From the NCBI GenBank assembly GCA_050015075.1, contig JBEKCB010000024.1, positions 21,660 to 85,659 on the forward strand: a stretch of DNA of 64,000 nt. Direction: 5' to 3'. This stretch comes from Candidatus Brocadiia bacterium. Lineage in GTDB: Bacteria; Planctomycetota; Brocadiia; CAIUPP01. The position numbers were made by a program, and so were the translations under genes. Shown in pieces: positions 42,651-52,623 of the stretch. The notes under the pieces are model-generated. The model had not been told where the DNA came from. It was given only the letters and a program-made list of their open reading frames with translations, and ran no database searches. Every line of letters starts with the position of its first letter. Within the stretch, counting starts at the first letter, position 1.

Positions 42651-43202
42651 CTACTTCGGCACGATCTTTTCCAGGCGCTTCTCTCCGGTCTTGATGTCTT
42701 TTCCATGCAACTCGATGTAGTTCACCTTGGGCCCCGTCAGCCCGTCGGTGGAATTGATGTACATTTTTTCGAGGACCGCCGGCCGGCCGTCAATGACCAG
42801 TTCGGCGCGGACGGCCTCGCCCGCCTTCTTCACGGTGATCGGCCGGTCGGGAGCGGACACCACGGTCAGACAATAGCTATTGCCCGCCGCGTCCGGCTTG
42901 ATGTCGAAGCCGTACGCTTTGTTCTTCTCGATCCAGTTGAGATCCTCGCGGCGGCCGTCCTCGGCGAGCATGATCCAGTAGGCGATCACCGGCTCCTTGG
43001 GATACAGTTTGCCGCCGGCGTCGAGCCGGGCGTCGTAATGCACGACGTTGGCGTTCTTGCTCCGCTCGATGGTGAACAGCGGCAGCGTCTCCGCCCGGGC
43101 CGCCGCCGGTAAAAGCGCAGCGCCGGCATAGCTTACGCCGCCGGCGCAGACCGCCGCGGCGAGCAGGCCGAGGACGGCGAAACGCCATGTCGCTCTTCGC
43201 AT
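42651..43202 (-). CDS. DUF4833-like exported protein
   Basis: Signal peptide, LF.IERSKNAN.V.YD, P+..YW, L.WIE...AYG, V.YIEL.G. Confidence 0.75.
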   Translation of the reverse strand: MRRATWRFAVLGLLAAAVCAGGVSYAGAALLPAAARAETLPLFTIERSKNANVVHYDARLDAGGKLYPKEPVIAYWIMLAEDGRREDLNWIEKNKAYGFDIKPDAAGNSYCLTVVSAPDRPITVKKAGEAVRAELVIDGRPAVLEKMYINSTDGLTGPKVNYIELHGKDIKTGEKRLEKIVPK

Positions 43203-43300
43203 CGGAGCCTTCCGCAAGGAAAACATTAATAAAATATTGGAAAGTCGCATGACATTTGGTATCATCTCGGCCTGTCCAACTCACTCACGAGGTAGGGCCA

Positions 43301-44521
43301 ATGCCGAAATTATACACGAAGACCAGCAGCACGGGCAACAAGATCCGTCAGAGGGTCCTGGCCTACAAGGGCGGCGACGACGCCATGGCCCTGGGAATTT
43401 TTCCGTACTTCAGGCCGATCTCGTCCGCGCAGGGGACGGAGGTCATTCTCGACGGCAAGACCGTTCTGATGTTCGGCTCGAACAGCTACATGGGGCTCAC
43501 CGATCACCCGAAGGTCAAAGAGGCCGCCATCGCGGCGATCCGCAAATATGGAACCGGATGCGCCGGCTCGCGATTTCTGAACGGGACGCTGGACATCCAC
43601 CTGGCCTGCGAGGAGAAGCTGGCCCAGTTCGTGAAGAAGGAAGCGGCGCTCCTGTTTTCCACCGGCTTCCAGGTCAACCAGGGCGTCATCTCCTGCCTGA
43701 CCGGCCGCGGCGACTACGTCATTCTCGACAAGCTCGACCACGCCAGCATCGTGGACGGGGCGCGGCTCAGCTTCGGCGAGATGGTGCGGTTCAAGCACAA
43801 CGACATGACCAGCCTGGCGCGCGTCCTGGAGACTTGTCCTCCCGAGGCCGGCAAGCTGATCGTCGTGGACGGCGTATTCAGCATGGACGGCGACATCGCC
43901 GACCTGCCCGAGATCGTGAACCTCGCCACCCGGCACGACGCCCTCATCATGGTGGACGACGCGCACGGCATCGGCGTGCTGGGAGATCAGGGAAGCGGGA
44001 CGGCGTCGCACTTCGGGCTGACCGACCAGGTGGACCTGATCATGGGCACCTTCAGCAAGTCGCTCGCCTCGCTCGGCGGCTTCGTCGCCGGCGACGCCTC
44101 CTTCATCAAGTACCTGAAGCACCAGTCCCGCGCGCTGATCTTCAGCGCGAGCATGCCGCCTTCGAACGTTGCGGCGGTGATGGCCGCGCTGGAGATCATC
44201 CAGTCGGAACCCGAGCGGATCCGCGCCGTCCACGATAACACGCGCCGCATGGCCGACGGGCTCCGCCGCATCGGCTACTCGCTGGGGAACTCGGTCACGC
44301 CGATCCTGCCGGTCCATATCGGCGATAACCTCGTCTGCTTCAAGGCCTGCCGGCTGCTCCAGGAAGAGGGCGTGTTCGTGAACCCCATCATCGCGCCGGC
44401 GGTCGAACCCGGCGAAGCGCTGCTGCGCGTCAGCCTGATGGCCACCCACACGTTCGCCCAGATTGACCAGGCGCTCGAGAAGTTCCAGAAAGTCGGTAAA
44501 ATGCTGAATCTTCTCGGATAG
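43301..44521 (+). CDS. spt: Serine palmitoyltransferase (AOS-family PLP enzyme)
   Basis: [45 protein letters not shown] (PLP lysine); context of ceramide-pathway genes. Confidence 0.82.
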   Translation: MPKLYTKTSSTGNKIRQRVLAYKGGDDAMALGIFPYFRPISSAQGTEVILDGKTVLMFGSNSYMGLTDHPKVKEAAIAAIRKYGTGCAGSRFLNGTLDIHLACEEKLAQFVKKEAALLFSTGFQVNQGVISCLTGRGDYVILDKLDHASIVDGARLSFGEMVRFKHNDMTSLARVLETCPPEAGKLIVVDGVFSMDGDIADLPEIVNLATRHDALIMVDDAHGIGVLGDQGSGTASHFGLTDQVDLIMGTFSKSLASLGGFVAGDASFIKYLKHQSRALIFSASMPPSNVAAVMAALEIIQSEPERIRAVHDNTRRMADGLRRIGYSLGNSVTPILPVHIGDNLVCFKACRLLQEEGVFVNPIIAPAVEPGEALLRVSLMATHTFAQIDQALEKFQKVGKMLNLLG

Positions 44522-44526
44522 CCGCC

Positions 44527-45642
44527 ATGCGTGTCCGCGAAGTCGTCACCCCCAAAGACCGAGAGCGGTTCATTCGATTCCCCTGGGAAATCTACCGGCA
44601 GGACCCCCACTGGGTTCCGCCGCTGATTTTCGAACGGCGCGAATTTCTCGACCCGCGCAAAAATCCCTTCTTCGAACACGCCGAGGTGAAGCTCTTCCTG
44701 GCCGGCGACGACGCCGGCGCCCTGCGCGGAAGGATCGCCGCCATCGTCAACCGCAGCCACAATGAACAGCACGGCGAGCCGGCCGGCTTCTTCGGGCTGT
44801 TCGAGTGCCGGGACGATCCCGAGGCCGCGGCGGCCCTGTTCGACGCGGCCGCCGTTTTCCTGAAGTCGCGCGGCATGACCGTCATGCGCGGGCCCGAGAA
44901 CATGTCCGTGAATGACGACGTCGGCCTGCTCGTCGAGGGCTTCGAATCGCCGCCGGCGATCATGATGCCCTATAATCCCCGCTACTACATTCCGCTGGTG
45001 GAGGCGCGCGGCTTTCAGAAGGCGATGGACCTCTATGCCTGGTACGGCGACGCCCGCGAGCTGGAAATACCCGCGAAAATCACGCGCGGCATCGAACTGT
45101 GCCGGCGGCGATTCGGGTTCAAGGTGCGCTCGATTGACATGCGGCGGTTCGACGAGGAACTCCACAACATTCACAGGGTCTATACGCAGGCCTGGGAGCA
45201 GAACTGGGGCGCGGTGGCCATGACGCTGAAAGAATTCGATCACCTCGCCGCCCAGCTCAAGCCCGTCGTGGATCCCGACCTCTGCCTGATCGCGGAGGTC
45301 GGCGGCGAAGTGGCGGGGTTCTCGCTGGCGCTCCCGGATTTCAACCAGGTGCTGATCCACCTCAACGGGCGGCTGCTGCCTTTCGGCATCCCGAAACTGC
45401 TTTGGTATCGCCGGAAGATTGACATGATCCGCATCCTGACCACCGGCGTCATCAAGAAGTTCCGCCACATGGGCATTGACAGTTGCTTCTATTACGAGAC
45501 CTGGAAACGCGGCAACGCCAAAGACATTTACCGGGGCGAGATGTCCTGGATCCTGGAGAACAACGCCGCGATGAACAACGCGCTGCGGAATCTCGGGTTC
45601 AGGATTTACAAGCGATACCGGCTCTATGACCGCGGCCTGTAA
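44527..45642 (+). CDS. GNAT-like protein, bacterial ceramide synthase (bCerS)-like
   Basis: FI.FPW.IY..DP.WVPPL, NPFF.H, GRIAA, G.FG.FE, RGP, PYNP.YY, NWG, PD.N, SWILE.N..M. Confidence 0.78.
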   Translation: MRVREVVTPKDRERFIRFPWEIYRQDPHWVPPLIFERREFLDPRKNPFFEHAEVKLFLAGDDAGALRGRIAAIVNRSHNEQHGEPAGFFGLFECRDDPEAAAALFDAAAVFLKSRGMTVMRGPENMSVNDDVGLLVEGFESPPAIMMPYNPRYYIPLVEARGFQKAMDLYAWYGDARELEIPAKITRGIELCRRRFGFKVRSIDMRRFDEELHNIHRVYTQAWEQNWGAVAMTLKEFDHLAAQLKPVVDPDLCLIAEVGGEVAGFSLALPDFNQVLIHLNGRLLPFGIPKLLWYRRKIDMIRILTTGVIKKFRHMGIDSCFYYETWKRGNAKDIYRGEMSWILENNAAMNNALRNLGFRIYKRYRLYDRGL

Positions 45643-45661
45643 AAACGACAAAAGCGGTTTC

Positions 45662-45768
45662 GCCACGGATTTCACGGATTGACACGGATTACCGGCGAAT
45701 TAAGGCAAGGCTGGGACAGCTCTTTTCCTCGCTTTCGTTAATCCGTGAAAATCCGTGAAATCCGTGGC
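45662..45768. repeat. CACGGATT-family palindromic element
   Basis: GCCACGGATTTCACGGATTGACACGGATT ... AATCCGTGAAAATCCGTGAAATCCGTGGC. Confidence 0.85.
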
Positions 45769-45791
45769 AAAAAAATGAATGAGACGCCGCC

Positions 45792-46775
45792 ATGAAAGTT
45801 CTGCTGACCGGAGCGAACGGTTTCGTCGGCAGCCACATCCTCGACCAGCTCTGCGCCGCCGGGCACCCGGTGCGCGTGCTGTTGAGAAAGACGAGCCGCA
45901 CGCGCTTCATCGAGGACCGTCTGCCCGGCGTCGAAGTCCGGTACGGATCGGTGACCGATCCCGGGCCGGTGCAGGAGGCGGTCCGCGGCGCCGACTGCGT
46001 CATCCACTGTGCCGGGAAGACGAAAGCCGTCCGCGCCGCCGAGTACGACGCGGTGAACCTGGAAGGCACGCGCAACGTGGTCCGCGCCGTCAATGCGGAG
46101 AAAGCGACGGTCAAGCACCTGGTCCATATTTCCAGCCTCGCGGCCAACCATCCCGCCGGCGCCGACGCGCCTGCGCTGGAAACGGATACGCCCCGGCCGG
46201 TCTCGGAATACGGCCGCAGCAAGCTGCGCGCTGAGGAACTGGTCAGGGAAACCTGCGAGGCGCCTTTCACCATCCTGCGGCCGTCGGCGGTGTACGGCCC
46301 GCGCGACGCCGACTTCCTGCCCGTCTTCAAGGCCGTGCGCAGACACCTTATGCCGCTCATCGGCGGCGGGCGGATGCAACTGAGCCTGGTCTACGTCGGC
46401 GACGTCGCCGCGGCCGCGCTCCGCTGCCTGGGGAATCCGCAGGCGTATCGGAAGACGTACCACGTCGCGTCGCCGGAGCCCTGCTCCACGCGCGATTTCC
46501 TGCGGGAAATCGCCGCCGTAATGAACGTCCGCACCGTGCCGCTTTTCATCCCGTTCGCGCTGCTCTATCCGGTCGCTGTCAGCCGCGAACTCCTGGCGCG
46601 CGCCACGGGCAAGCCGAACATCCTCAGCCGCCAGAAGCTCAGGGAGATGAAGGCGCCCGGCTGGGTCTGCTCCACGGAGCTGATCCGGCGCGACCTCCAA
46701 TTCACGGCCGGCACCCGCCTCAGCGAAGGCATCGCAAGGACGATCACCTGGTATGAACAGAACGGATGGCTCTGA
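45792..46775 (+). CDS. NAD-dependent epimerase/dehydratase, candidate 3-keto-ceramide reductase
   Basis: TGANGFVG, IH.AG.TK, N..GT, SS, YGRSK (YxxxK), RP..VYGP. Confidence 0.8.
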   Translation: MKVLLTGANGFVGSHILDQLCAAGHPVRVLLRKTSRTRFIEDRLPGVEVRYGSVTDPGPVQEAVRGADCVIHCAGKTKAVRAAEYDAVNLEGTRNVVRAVNAEKATVKHLVHISSLAANHPAGADAPALETDTPRPVSEYGRSKLRAEELVRETCEAPFTILRPSAVYGPRDADFLPVFKAVRRHLMPLIGGGRMQLSLVYVGDVAAAALRCLGNPQAYRKTYHVASPEPCSTRDFLREIAAVMNVRTVPLFIPFALLYPVAVSRELLARATGKPNILSRQKLREMKAPGWVCSTELIRRDLQFTAGTRLSEGIARTITWYEQNGWL

Positions 46776-47724
46776 CCTCGCCGCGCAGGGGGCGTCCGGC
46801 TCAAGGACGACCGGGTTCTTTTGTCTGAAGGATCACACGTTCGTTGATTACGCGACGCAAGCGTACCTGATGATCGTCGGCCTGCTGATCCTCTTCTTCT
46901 ATCGCGGCCCGGCGGAGTTGCGGAACTGTCTCCTGGCCGGGCACGTCGTTTACTTTCTCGCCATCCAGGCGCTGATCCGGGCAAGCGCGCGGCGGCCGGG
47001 AAACCGCGTCATCGGCTTCCTGCGGCACTTCTATCCCATCCTGCTTTATCCCGGCCTGTATCGGGAGACCGGCGAGCTGAACCGGATGTTCACCGGTGGC
47101 TACCTGGACGCTTCCTTCATCCGCTGGGAGGAGAAGCTGTTCGGCTGCCAGCCCAGCATCCTCTTCATGGAGAAACTGCCCTGGCTGCCGATCAGCGAAA
47201 TCTTCTACGCGGCCTATTTCTCCTTCTACGTCATGGTCGCAGGAATAGGCCTCATCCTGTATTTCCAGGAAAAGCGGCGGTTCTGGCGCTACGTTGCGGT
47301 GGTGTCGTTCGTCTTCTACGGCTGTTACCTGGCCTTCATTTTCCTGCCCGTAGTCGGGTCACGGGTCTTCTACACGGCGGTGCCGGGTTTCGACCATGCG
47401 CAGTTTTCATTCTTCCCGCTCGCGTTTCCGGCCGCCGTCCAGGCCGGCCCGATGTTCAAGTTGGAGACGTTGATCTACCGCGCCGAAGCGCCCGGCGGAG
47501 CGTTCCCCAGCAGCCACGTGGCGCTCGCCCTCTGCACGCTTTACTTCTCATGGCGCTTCGTCCCGAAGATCCGATGGGTCCACCTGGTCGTGGTGATTCT
47601 CCTGTGCGCGGCGACCGTTTACTGCAGATACCACTACCTGGTGGACGTATTTGCGGGTATGCTCACGGCGGCGCTGCTGATACCGCTGGGAGAGTGGCTC
47701 TACCGGAAGACTAGCAGCTATTGA
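46753..47724 (+). CDS. PAP2/Aur1 (inositol-phosphoceramide synthase)-like membrane phosphotransferase
   Basis: Multi-TM; GAFPSSHV and YHYLVDV catalytic motifs. Confidence 0.8.
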   Translation: MNRTDGSDLAAQGASGSRTTGFFCLKDHTFVDYATQAYLMIVGLLILFFYRGPAELRNCLLAGHVVYFLAIQALIRASARRPGNRVIGFLRHFYPILLYPGLYRETGELNRMFTGGYLDASFIRWEEKLFGCQPSILFMEKLPWLPISEIFYAAYFSFYVMVAGIGLILYFQEKRRFWRYVAVVSFVFYGCYLAFIFLPVVGSRVFYTAVPGFDHAQFSFFPLAFPAAVQAGPMFKLETLIYRAEAPGGAFPSSHVALALCTLYFSWRFVPKIRWVHLVVVILLCAATVYCRYHYLVDVFAGMLTAALLIPLGEWLYRKTSSY

Positions 47725-47804
47725 GCATTCGCCAATGGACCGGATGAGGAGCTATAATAGGTTGCTGGGACCGTGAAGCAAGCCTCCAAGTTGGAAAAAT
47801 CGCC

Positions 47805-48992
47805 ATGCTTTCAAGTACCCGCATCCTTCGTCTTGCGCTTGGCGCTGCGCTTATCCTGCCGGCGTGTTGGCCGTCTCCAGTCGCATTCGGCGAGGCGGCG
47901 GCGCTGACGCAGCCGGTCGTCAGGACCGTGCAGGCGCCGGCGGGCTGTTTCGTGCCCGACGTGGCTGTGGATCCCAAGGGCGTGCTGCACATGGTGTACG
48001 CCCTGAACCGCAACGCCTGGTATATTCGTTCCACGGACAACGGCGCGACGTTCTCGCAGCCGGTCCAGGTGAACTCCGAGGGGACGGTGGGGTTCACGAT
48101 GGGCGAACGCGGACCGAAGCTGTCCGTCGGCGGCGACGGTGTCATCCACGTCGTCTGGTCGAACATCTGGTCCCCGGGTGTTCAAACGTTTGCCTACTAC
48201 GCCCGCAGCCTGGACGGCGGGAAAACGTTCGAGAAGCGCAAGCTCGTCTCCTCGATGGACGCCCCTGACGGCCTGACGATGGCCGCCGACGGCGCCAGCC
48301 GCGTGCTGGTCTTCTGGCACGTCATGAACCCGCTGCAGAACGAGGTCCCGGCCGCGACCTGGCTTTACATGGCCCGCTCCGACGACAACGGCGACACGTT
48401 CAAGACCGCCGAACGCATCAAGGTCTCCAACCTCGGCACGCTGGCCTGCGCGATGTGCCAGATGCGCGCGCGCGTCGGCGCCGACGGCAACGCTTACTTG
48501 ACCTTCCGGTCGGCGGAGCATAACATCCGCGACTTCTATGTCCTCAAAGGCCCCGTGACCAGCAACAAGTTCACGGCCGTCCGCGTCAATCAGGATAACT
48601 GGGAACTCAAGACTTGTCCCATGTGCGGCCCCGAGTTGACGGTCGCCCCGGATGGCCGGCAGATTTGCGCCTTCATGACCCGAGAGAAGGTGTATTGGGC
48701 CGTCTCGAATGCCGGAGTGACGGAGTTCGAGCTGCACGTCGCAACGCCGGACAATGAAGCGGGGGAGCTTTATCCCTCGGCGATCGCGAACCGCAAAGGC
48801 GAGGTGCTGTTCGTCTGGCAGGTCGGCCCGATGTCCACCGCCGGCACGGCCACGGTCAAGTGGGCGCGCTATTCCCCGGACGGTAAATTCACCGGCCGGC
48901 AGGGGACCCTCGGCAGGACGACTTCCGGCACCAAGGCAACGGAATTCGTCGGCAGCGACGACAGTTTCTACATCGTCACAACCGCGAAATAA
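47805..48992 (+). CDS. Secreted BNR/Asp-box beta-propeller protein
   Basis: Signal peptide, three S.D.G.TF Asp boxes, CAMC and CPMC motifs. Confidence 0.8.
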   Translation: MLSSTRILRLALGAALILPACWPSPVAFGEAAALTQPVVRTVQAPAGCFVPDVAVDPKGVLHMVYALNRNAWYIRSTDNGATFSQPVQVNSEGTVGFTMGERGPKLSVGGDGVIHVVWSNIWSPGVQTFAYYARSLDGGKTFEKRKLVSSMDAPDGLTMAADGASRVLVFWHVMNPLQNEVPAATWLYMARSDDNGDTFKTAERIKVSNLGTLACAMCQMRARVGADGNAYLTFRSAEHNIRDFYVLKGPVTSNKFTAVRVNQDNWELKTCPMCGPELTVAPDGRQICAFMTREKVYWAVSNAGVTEFELHVATPDNEAGELYPSAIANRKGEVLFVWQVGPMSTAGTATVKWARYSPDGKFTGRQGTLGRTTSGTKATEFVGSDDSFYIVTTAK

Positions 48993-49001
48993 TGAAGCGC
49001 T

Positions 49002-49715
49002 ATGGACACCAGTGTTTCCATCATTCCGCGCGCCTTGAGCGATGCCGACAGCGCCCTGGTCCGCCGCGCGAAAACCGGCGACTTTGCGGCCTTCGAGGAA
49101 CTGGTCAGCCGGCACGAGCGCGGCGTGTATTCGCTGGCGATGAACATGCTGAGGCAGCGCCAGGACGCGGAAGACGTGGTCCAGACGAGCTTCCTCAGCG
49201 CCTTCGAGAACCTGGGGCGCTTCCGCGAGGAGGCGGCTTTCGGCACCTGGGTGCGGAAGATCGCCCTCCATGCCGCGCTGAAAGTCATCCGGACGCGCAA
49301 GAAGGCGCGCGCCGTGTCCCTGAAGCATGCGGCGGAGGCCGAGGAAGGCAGCGTGCCGCACCCGGCCTTCATCGCCGAATGGCGCGACCCGAGCGAAGTC
49401 ATGGATCGAAAGCGCCTTCAGGAAACCCTGGCTCAGGCCATGCGCGCGCTGCCTGAAAAGCAGCGGCTGGTATTCGTGCTCCGAGACATGGAGGGCCTGT
49501 CGGTGCGTGAAGCGGCGCGGCTCCTGGCGATCAGCGAAGGGAACGTGAAGGTGCGCCTGTTGCGCGCCCGGCTGGCGCTGCGCGAGAAACTGACGCGCGT
49601 CTTCGGCCGCGAGGGCGGCGGCATTCTTCCTGCACATCCGCACGAGGGGCGCCGCTCAACCTCAGCCCAGGCCTTGTTGCGAAGTTACCGGCGCCGTAGG
49701 AGGGTAAAGTCATGA
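49002..49715 (+). CDS. ECF sigma factor
   Basis: GD..AFEELV, DAEDVVQ..F, F.TW, LP...R.VFVLRD.EGLS..E.A..L.IS...VKVRL.RAR..LR. Confidence 0.93.
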   Translation: MDTSVSIIPRALSDADSALVRRAKTGDFAAFEELVSRHERGVYSLAMNMLRQRQDAEDVVQTSFLSAFENLGRFREEAAFGTWVRKIALHAALKVIRTRKKARAVSLKHAAEAEEGSVPHPAFIAEWRDPSEVMDRKRLQETLAQAMRALPEKQRLVFVLRDMEGLSVREAARLLAISEGNVKVRLLRARLALREKLTRVFGREGGGILPAHPHEGRRSTSAQALLRSYRRRRRVKS

Positions 49716-49987
49716 CGCGGAAGGCTAAAGTCATGAAATGCGCCGACCTGTTGCGCATGTTGAACGATTACGTGGATGGCGACATTGATCCGGGCATCTG
49801 CAAGGAGTTTGAGAATCACCTTGCAACATGCAATCCCTGCACGATCGTGGTGGACAACGTCCGAAAGACGATCACCCTGTACCGCGAGAAGAGCGTGTTC
49901 GAGCTTCCCGCCCCATTCCAGGCGCGGCTTCACGCGGCGCTTCGGGAAAAGGGCCGCTCGAAGCGGCCCGGAAAACCCAGGCGCTGA
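49712..49987 (+). CDS. Zinc-binding anti-sigma factor (zf-HC2/ZAS)
   Basis: C...L.DYVDG, HLATCNPC (HxxxCxxC); coupled to the sigma gene. Confidence 0.88.
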   Translation: MTRKAKVMKCADLLRMLNDYVDGDIDPGICKEFENHLATCNPCTIVVDNVRKTITLYREKSVFELPAPFQARLHAALREKGRSKRPGKPRR

Positions 49988-50095
49988 TTCCCCGCCTCTC
50001 CGCGCACCTGCTTTTTTGTAACCTTTCGACGCCGCCCGGCTCTATCACTATGGGATGCGGGTCCGAGGTTCCTTCTTCAGACAGGAGATACGCTC

Positions 50096-50443
50096 ATGGC
50101 AAAGTCACCCAAAGACGTGCTCGACGAATTTCAGTCCAACATGCCCAAGCTGGCCAAGGCGCTCCCGCAAGTCGTCGAGGACTTTACGAGGAAGCTTATG
50201 CCGGACGTGCTCAAAGACGGCGCGCTGAGCCTCAAGCACAAGGAGATGATCGCCTTGGGCATCGCGATCCAGGCCCGGTGCGACTACTGTATCGTCATCC
50301 ACGTCAAGAAGTGCCTCGAGGCCGGCGCGACGAAGGAGGAAATCGCCGAGGTTTGCGGCGTCGCTATCCTGATGGGCGGCGGCCTGGCGCTGACCTACTC
50401 GACGTTCGTGGCCAAGGCGGTCGAGGAATTCGCGAAGCCGTGA
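50096..50443 (+). CDS. Carboxymuconolactone decarboxylase / AhpD-like protein
   Basis: GALS.K.KE+IALG+A+...CDYC+..H......GA+.EEI.E...VA+LMGGG. Confidence 0.9.
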   Translation: MAKSPKDVLDEFQSNMPKLAKALPQVVEDFTRKLMPDVLKDGALSLKHKEMIALGIAIQARCDYCIVIHVKKCLEAGATKEEIAEVCGVAILMGGGLALTYSTFVAKAVEEFAKP

Positions 50444-50481
50444 TCATCGCGGCGAAGTTCAAGAGACAGGAGGCTCAGCCG

Positions 50482-50835
50482 ATGCCGGTGCAACGAGCGA
50501 TAGCCGCTTACAGGACGGAAGGGCTGAACTGCGCCCAGAGCGTTTTGCGCGCGTTTCAGCAGGAGCGCGACATTCCGGAGGAAACGGTCCAGGCGGCCCG
50601 GCGGTTCGGAGGGGGCCGTGCACTGGAAGGCCGTTGCGGAGCGCTTCACGCCGCCTGCGAACTGGCCGGAGACGACGCGACGCGCGATCGCCTGCGCAAC
50701 GAGTTTGCCGCAAGAGCCTCGTCGGAGCGCTGCCGCGAGATTCGCAAGGCCAATGCGTTCAGTTGCGAGCAGTGCATCGAACTCGCGGCCGGGTTGCTGG
50801 ACAGCGCCTTCGCTAAGGTCACGACGCCGCGATGA
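50482..50835 (+). CDS. C-GCAxxG-C-C family redox protein
   Basis: NCAQSV, FGGG, CGAL, C, C..C; AGGAGG RBS. Confidence 0.8.
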   Translation: MPVQRAIAAYRTEGLNCAQSVLRAFQQERDIPEETVQAARRFGGGRALEGRCGALHAACELAGDDATRDRLRNEFAARASSERCREIRKANAFSCEQCIELAAGLLDSAFAKVTTPR

Positions 50836-52252
50836 ACGTGTCCTTCATCCCTTGGTCCCAGCCGTCCCACAGGAAATCGCCGTAGCGGTCGTCGGCGATG
50901 AGGCGGAAGGCGTAGCGGACCTGTTCCTCGTAGAACTCGCAGAAAGCGCCGGTCCGGTCCATGCCGCCGTTCATCTCGTGGGCTTCGGCCGGGCAGGGCG
51001 ATCCACAGAAGTGGCGGATGGCGCAGCGTCCGCACGGATCAATCGCCTCGATCTTGCGTTCCGTGACCTGGCGGAAGGCTTCGCTCTTGAGGACGTCGCC
51101 CAGGTCGTCCTGGAACAGGTTGCCCCCTTTGAATCGCGGGATGCCGATGAACTCGCTGCACGGGAAAAGGTCGCCGTTCGGCGCCAGCGCAAAGAAGCAT
51201 CGCCCGCCGCCGCACGGCGAGATGTCGCACATCAACCGGCGCGCCGCCGGCGCCACGATGGCCAGCAGAATGTTCGCGAAATTGGCCACGACCAGTTTCC
51301 GGCCGGTCTTGCGATAGAGGTCGTGGCTGCGCTCCAGCGCCCCGAGGAAATACCGGGCCGCTTCGGCGTCGCCGGGTTTGATCGCTCGCGAGGGCGGCAG
51401 CGTGCAGCGGACGATATTCAGCAGGCAGGTGGGGACCTCCTCGGCATGGAAGAAATCCACCAGGTCGTCCAGGTGCCGCAGGTTCTCTTTGGTGACCGTG
51501 CAGATCACGCTCCAGTTCTCGTAGCCGCGCAGCCGCCGCATGGCCTTCACGACGGTATCGAAGACCCCTTTCCCGTCCCAGGTGTGGCGCGTGCGCTGGG
51601 CGACGGCCGGGTTCGCGGCGTCGAGCGAAAGTCCCAGGCTGACGCCGCGGTCCGTCAGGAACGACACGGCCTCCTCGTCGAGCGTGGTGGCGTTCGTCTG
51701 AATGCCGAAGAGGAAGCGCTCGCGATAGGCTTCGATCGCGGCGAACACGGCCTCGCGGTTGAGCAGCGGTTCCGCGCCGTGGAAGACGATCTGCGGCCGC
51801 ATCGCCTTCGGCAGCGTGGCCTCGAAGTAGCTGTCCAGCCGCGCCATGGCCTCCATCAGGCGCTCGCGGCTCATGTGCTCGCCATGCCGGCGCATCTCGC
51901 TCGGGATATAGCAGTAGCGGCAGTCCAGGTTGCACCGCTCGGTGGGGTTGAAGTACACGGCGGAAGGCTTGAGGCCGAACCGGAGCTTCTGCATCTCGGC
52001 GGCGAACGCATCCGCCTTGCGACGGTAGGCGCCGAGCAGCTTTCCGCCCGAAAGGACCTGGCCGACGTTGTCCTTCTGCACCAGCGACCAGAAGGCGGTA
52101 TCCGGATCAATCAGGGCCATGTAGTCCGAGTGGCCGATATCAATCGGCTGGAGCGTCGGCCCGTTGCCGGTGTTGATGAAACGGCCCCGCGAAGGGGCCG
52201 TTTCATCTTTCCGGCTTCGACCGCCGACGTCCTTGGCGGCGGGACGTCGCAT
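50819..52252 (-). CDS. cbpB: Peptide-modifying radical SAM/SPASM enzyme CbpB
   Basis: CNLDCRYC, FHGAEPL, SPASM cysteines (CDISPCGGGRCF, PCSEF, C..C....FCG.PCPA); true start ATG 52252 overlaps the precursor stop. Confidence 0.88.
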   Translation of the reverse strand: MRRPAAKDVGGRSRKDETAPSRGRFINTGNGPTLQPIDIGHSDYMALIDPDTAFWSLVQKDNVGQVLSGGKLLGAYRRKADAFAAEMQKLRFGLKPSAVYFNPTERCNLDCRYCYIPSEMRRHGEHMSRERLMEAMARLDSYFEATLPKAMRPQIVFHGAEPLLNREAVFAAIEAYRERFLFGIQTNATTLDEEAVSFLTDRGVSLGLSLDAANPAVAQRTRHTWDGKGVFDTVVKAMRRLRGYENWSVICTVTKENLRHLDDLVDFFHAEEVPTCLLNIVRCTLPPSRAIKPGDAEAARYFLGALERSHDLYRKTGRKLVVANFANILLAIVAPAARRLMCDISPCGGGRCFFALAPNGDLFPCSEFIGIPRFKGGNLFQDDLGDVLKSEAFRQVTERKIEAIDPCGRCAIRHFCGSPCPAEAHEMNGGMDRTGAFCEFYEEQVRYAFRLIADDRYGDFLWDGWDQGMKDTFIAAS

Positions 52253-52353
52253 CACTTGCTCCTCTTGGACATCAGGATGTAATGCGACAGGCCCGTTCCG
52301 CGAGCCTTGCAGCTCTTCCGCACGGCGATGACGGCCTTCTTCGCTCCCTTCAT
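52252..52353 (-). CDS. cbpA: Modified peptide precursor CbpA (33 aa)
   Basis: Not in the ORF track: MKGAKKAVIAVRKSCKARGTGLSHYILMSKRSK*; VIA.R..C...GTGLSHYILM motif; TGATG coupling to cbpB. Confidence 0.88.
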   Translation of the reverse strand: MKGAKKAVIAVRKSCKARGTGLSHYILMSKRSK

Positions 52354-52461
52354 GCTTCACCCTTTCTATAAAGGAGCCTTGGGAAACAAAAAAGAGTTCC
52401 AACGAACGGTCTTTCCACCGCTCGTTGAAACCCTTTACCATCAGGTTCCAGAATGTCCGGC

Positions 52462-52620
52462 TCGTTCAGCAGGTCTTCTGACTTTCGGATCATCCGCCCC
52501 TGACGCCTTCCCGTCCCGCTTAAGCGGGACAGTGGCTGGCCATCGGCCTGTCAGGCGCGTCCCCGATCACAGCGGCGGGACCGCCACGGATTTTCACCGT
52601 GTTCCGAGATACTGAACGAT
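52462..52620 (-). ncRNA. Cobalamin riboswitch
   Basis: Minus strand reads GGAACACGGTGAAAATCCGTGGCGGTCCCGCCGCTGTGA...GCCACTG...GGGAAGGC...AAGTCAGAAGACCTGC (B12 box). Confidence 0.93.
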
Positions 52621-52623
52621 TTC

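Noticed and set aside
52253-52441. N-terminal 63-aa extension of the radical SAM ORF in the track
   Set aside because: It overlaps the cbpA peptide in another frame and the riboswitch expression platform; the coupled ATG at 52252 is the better start.
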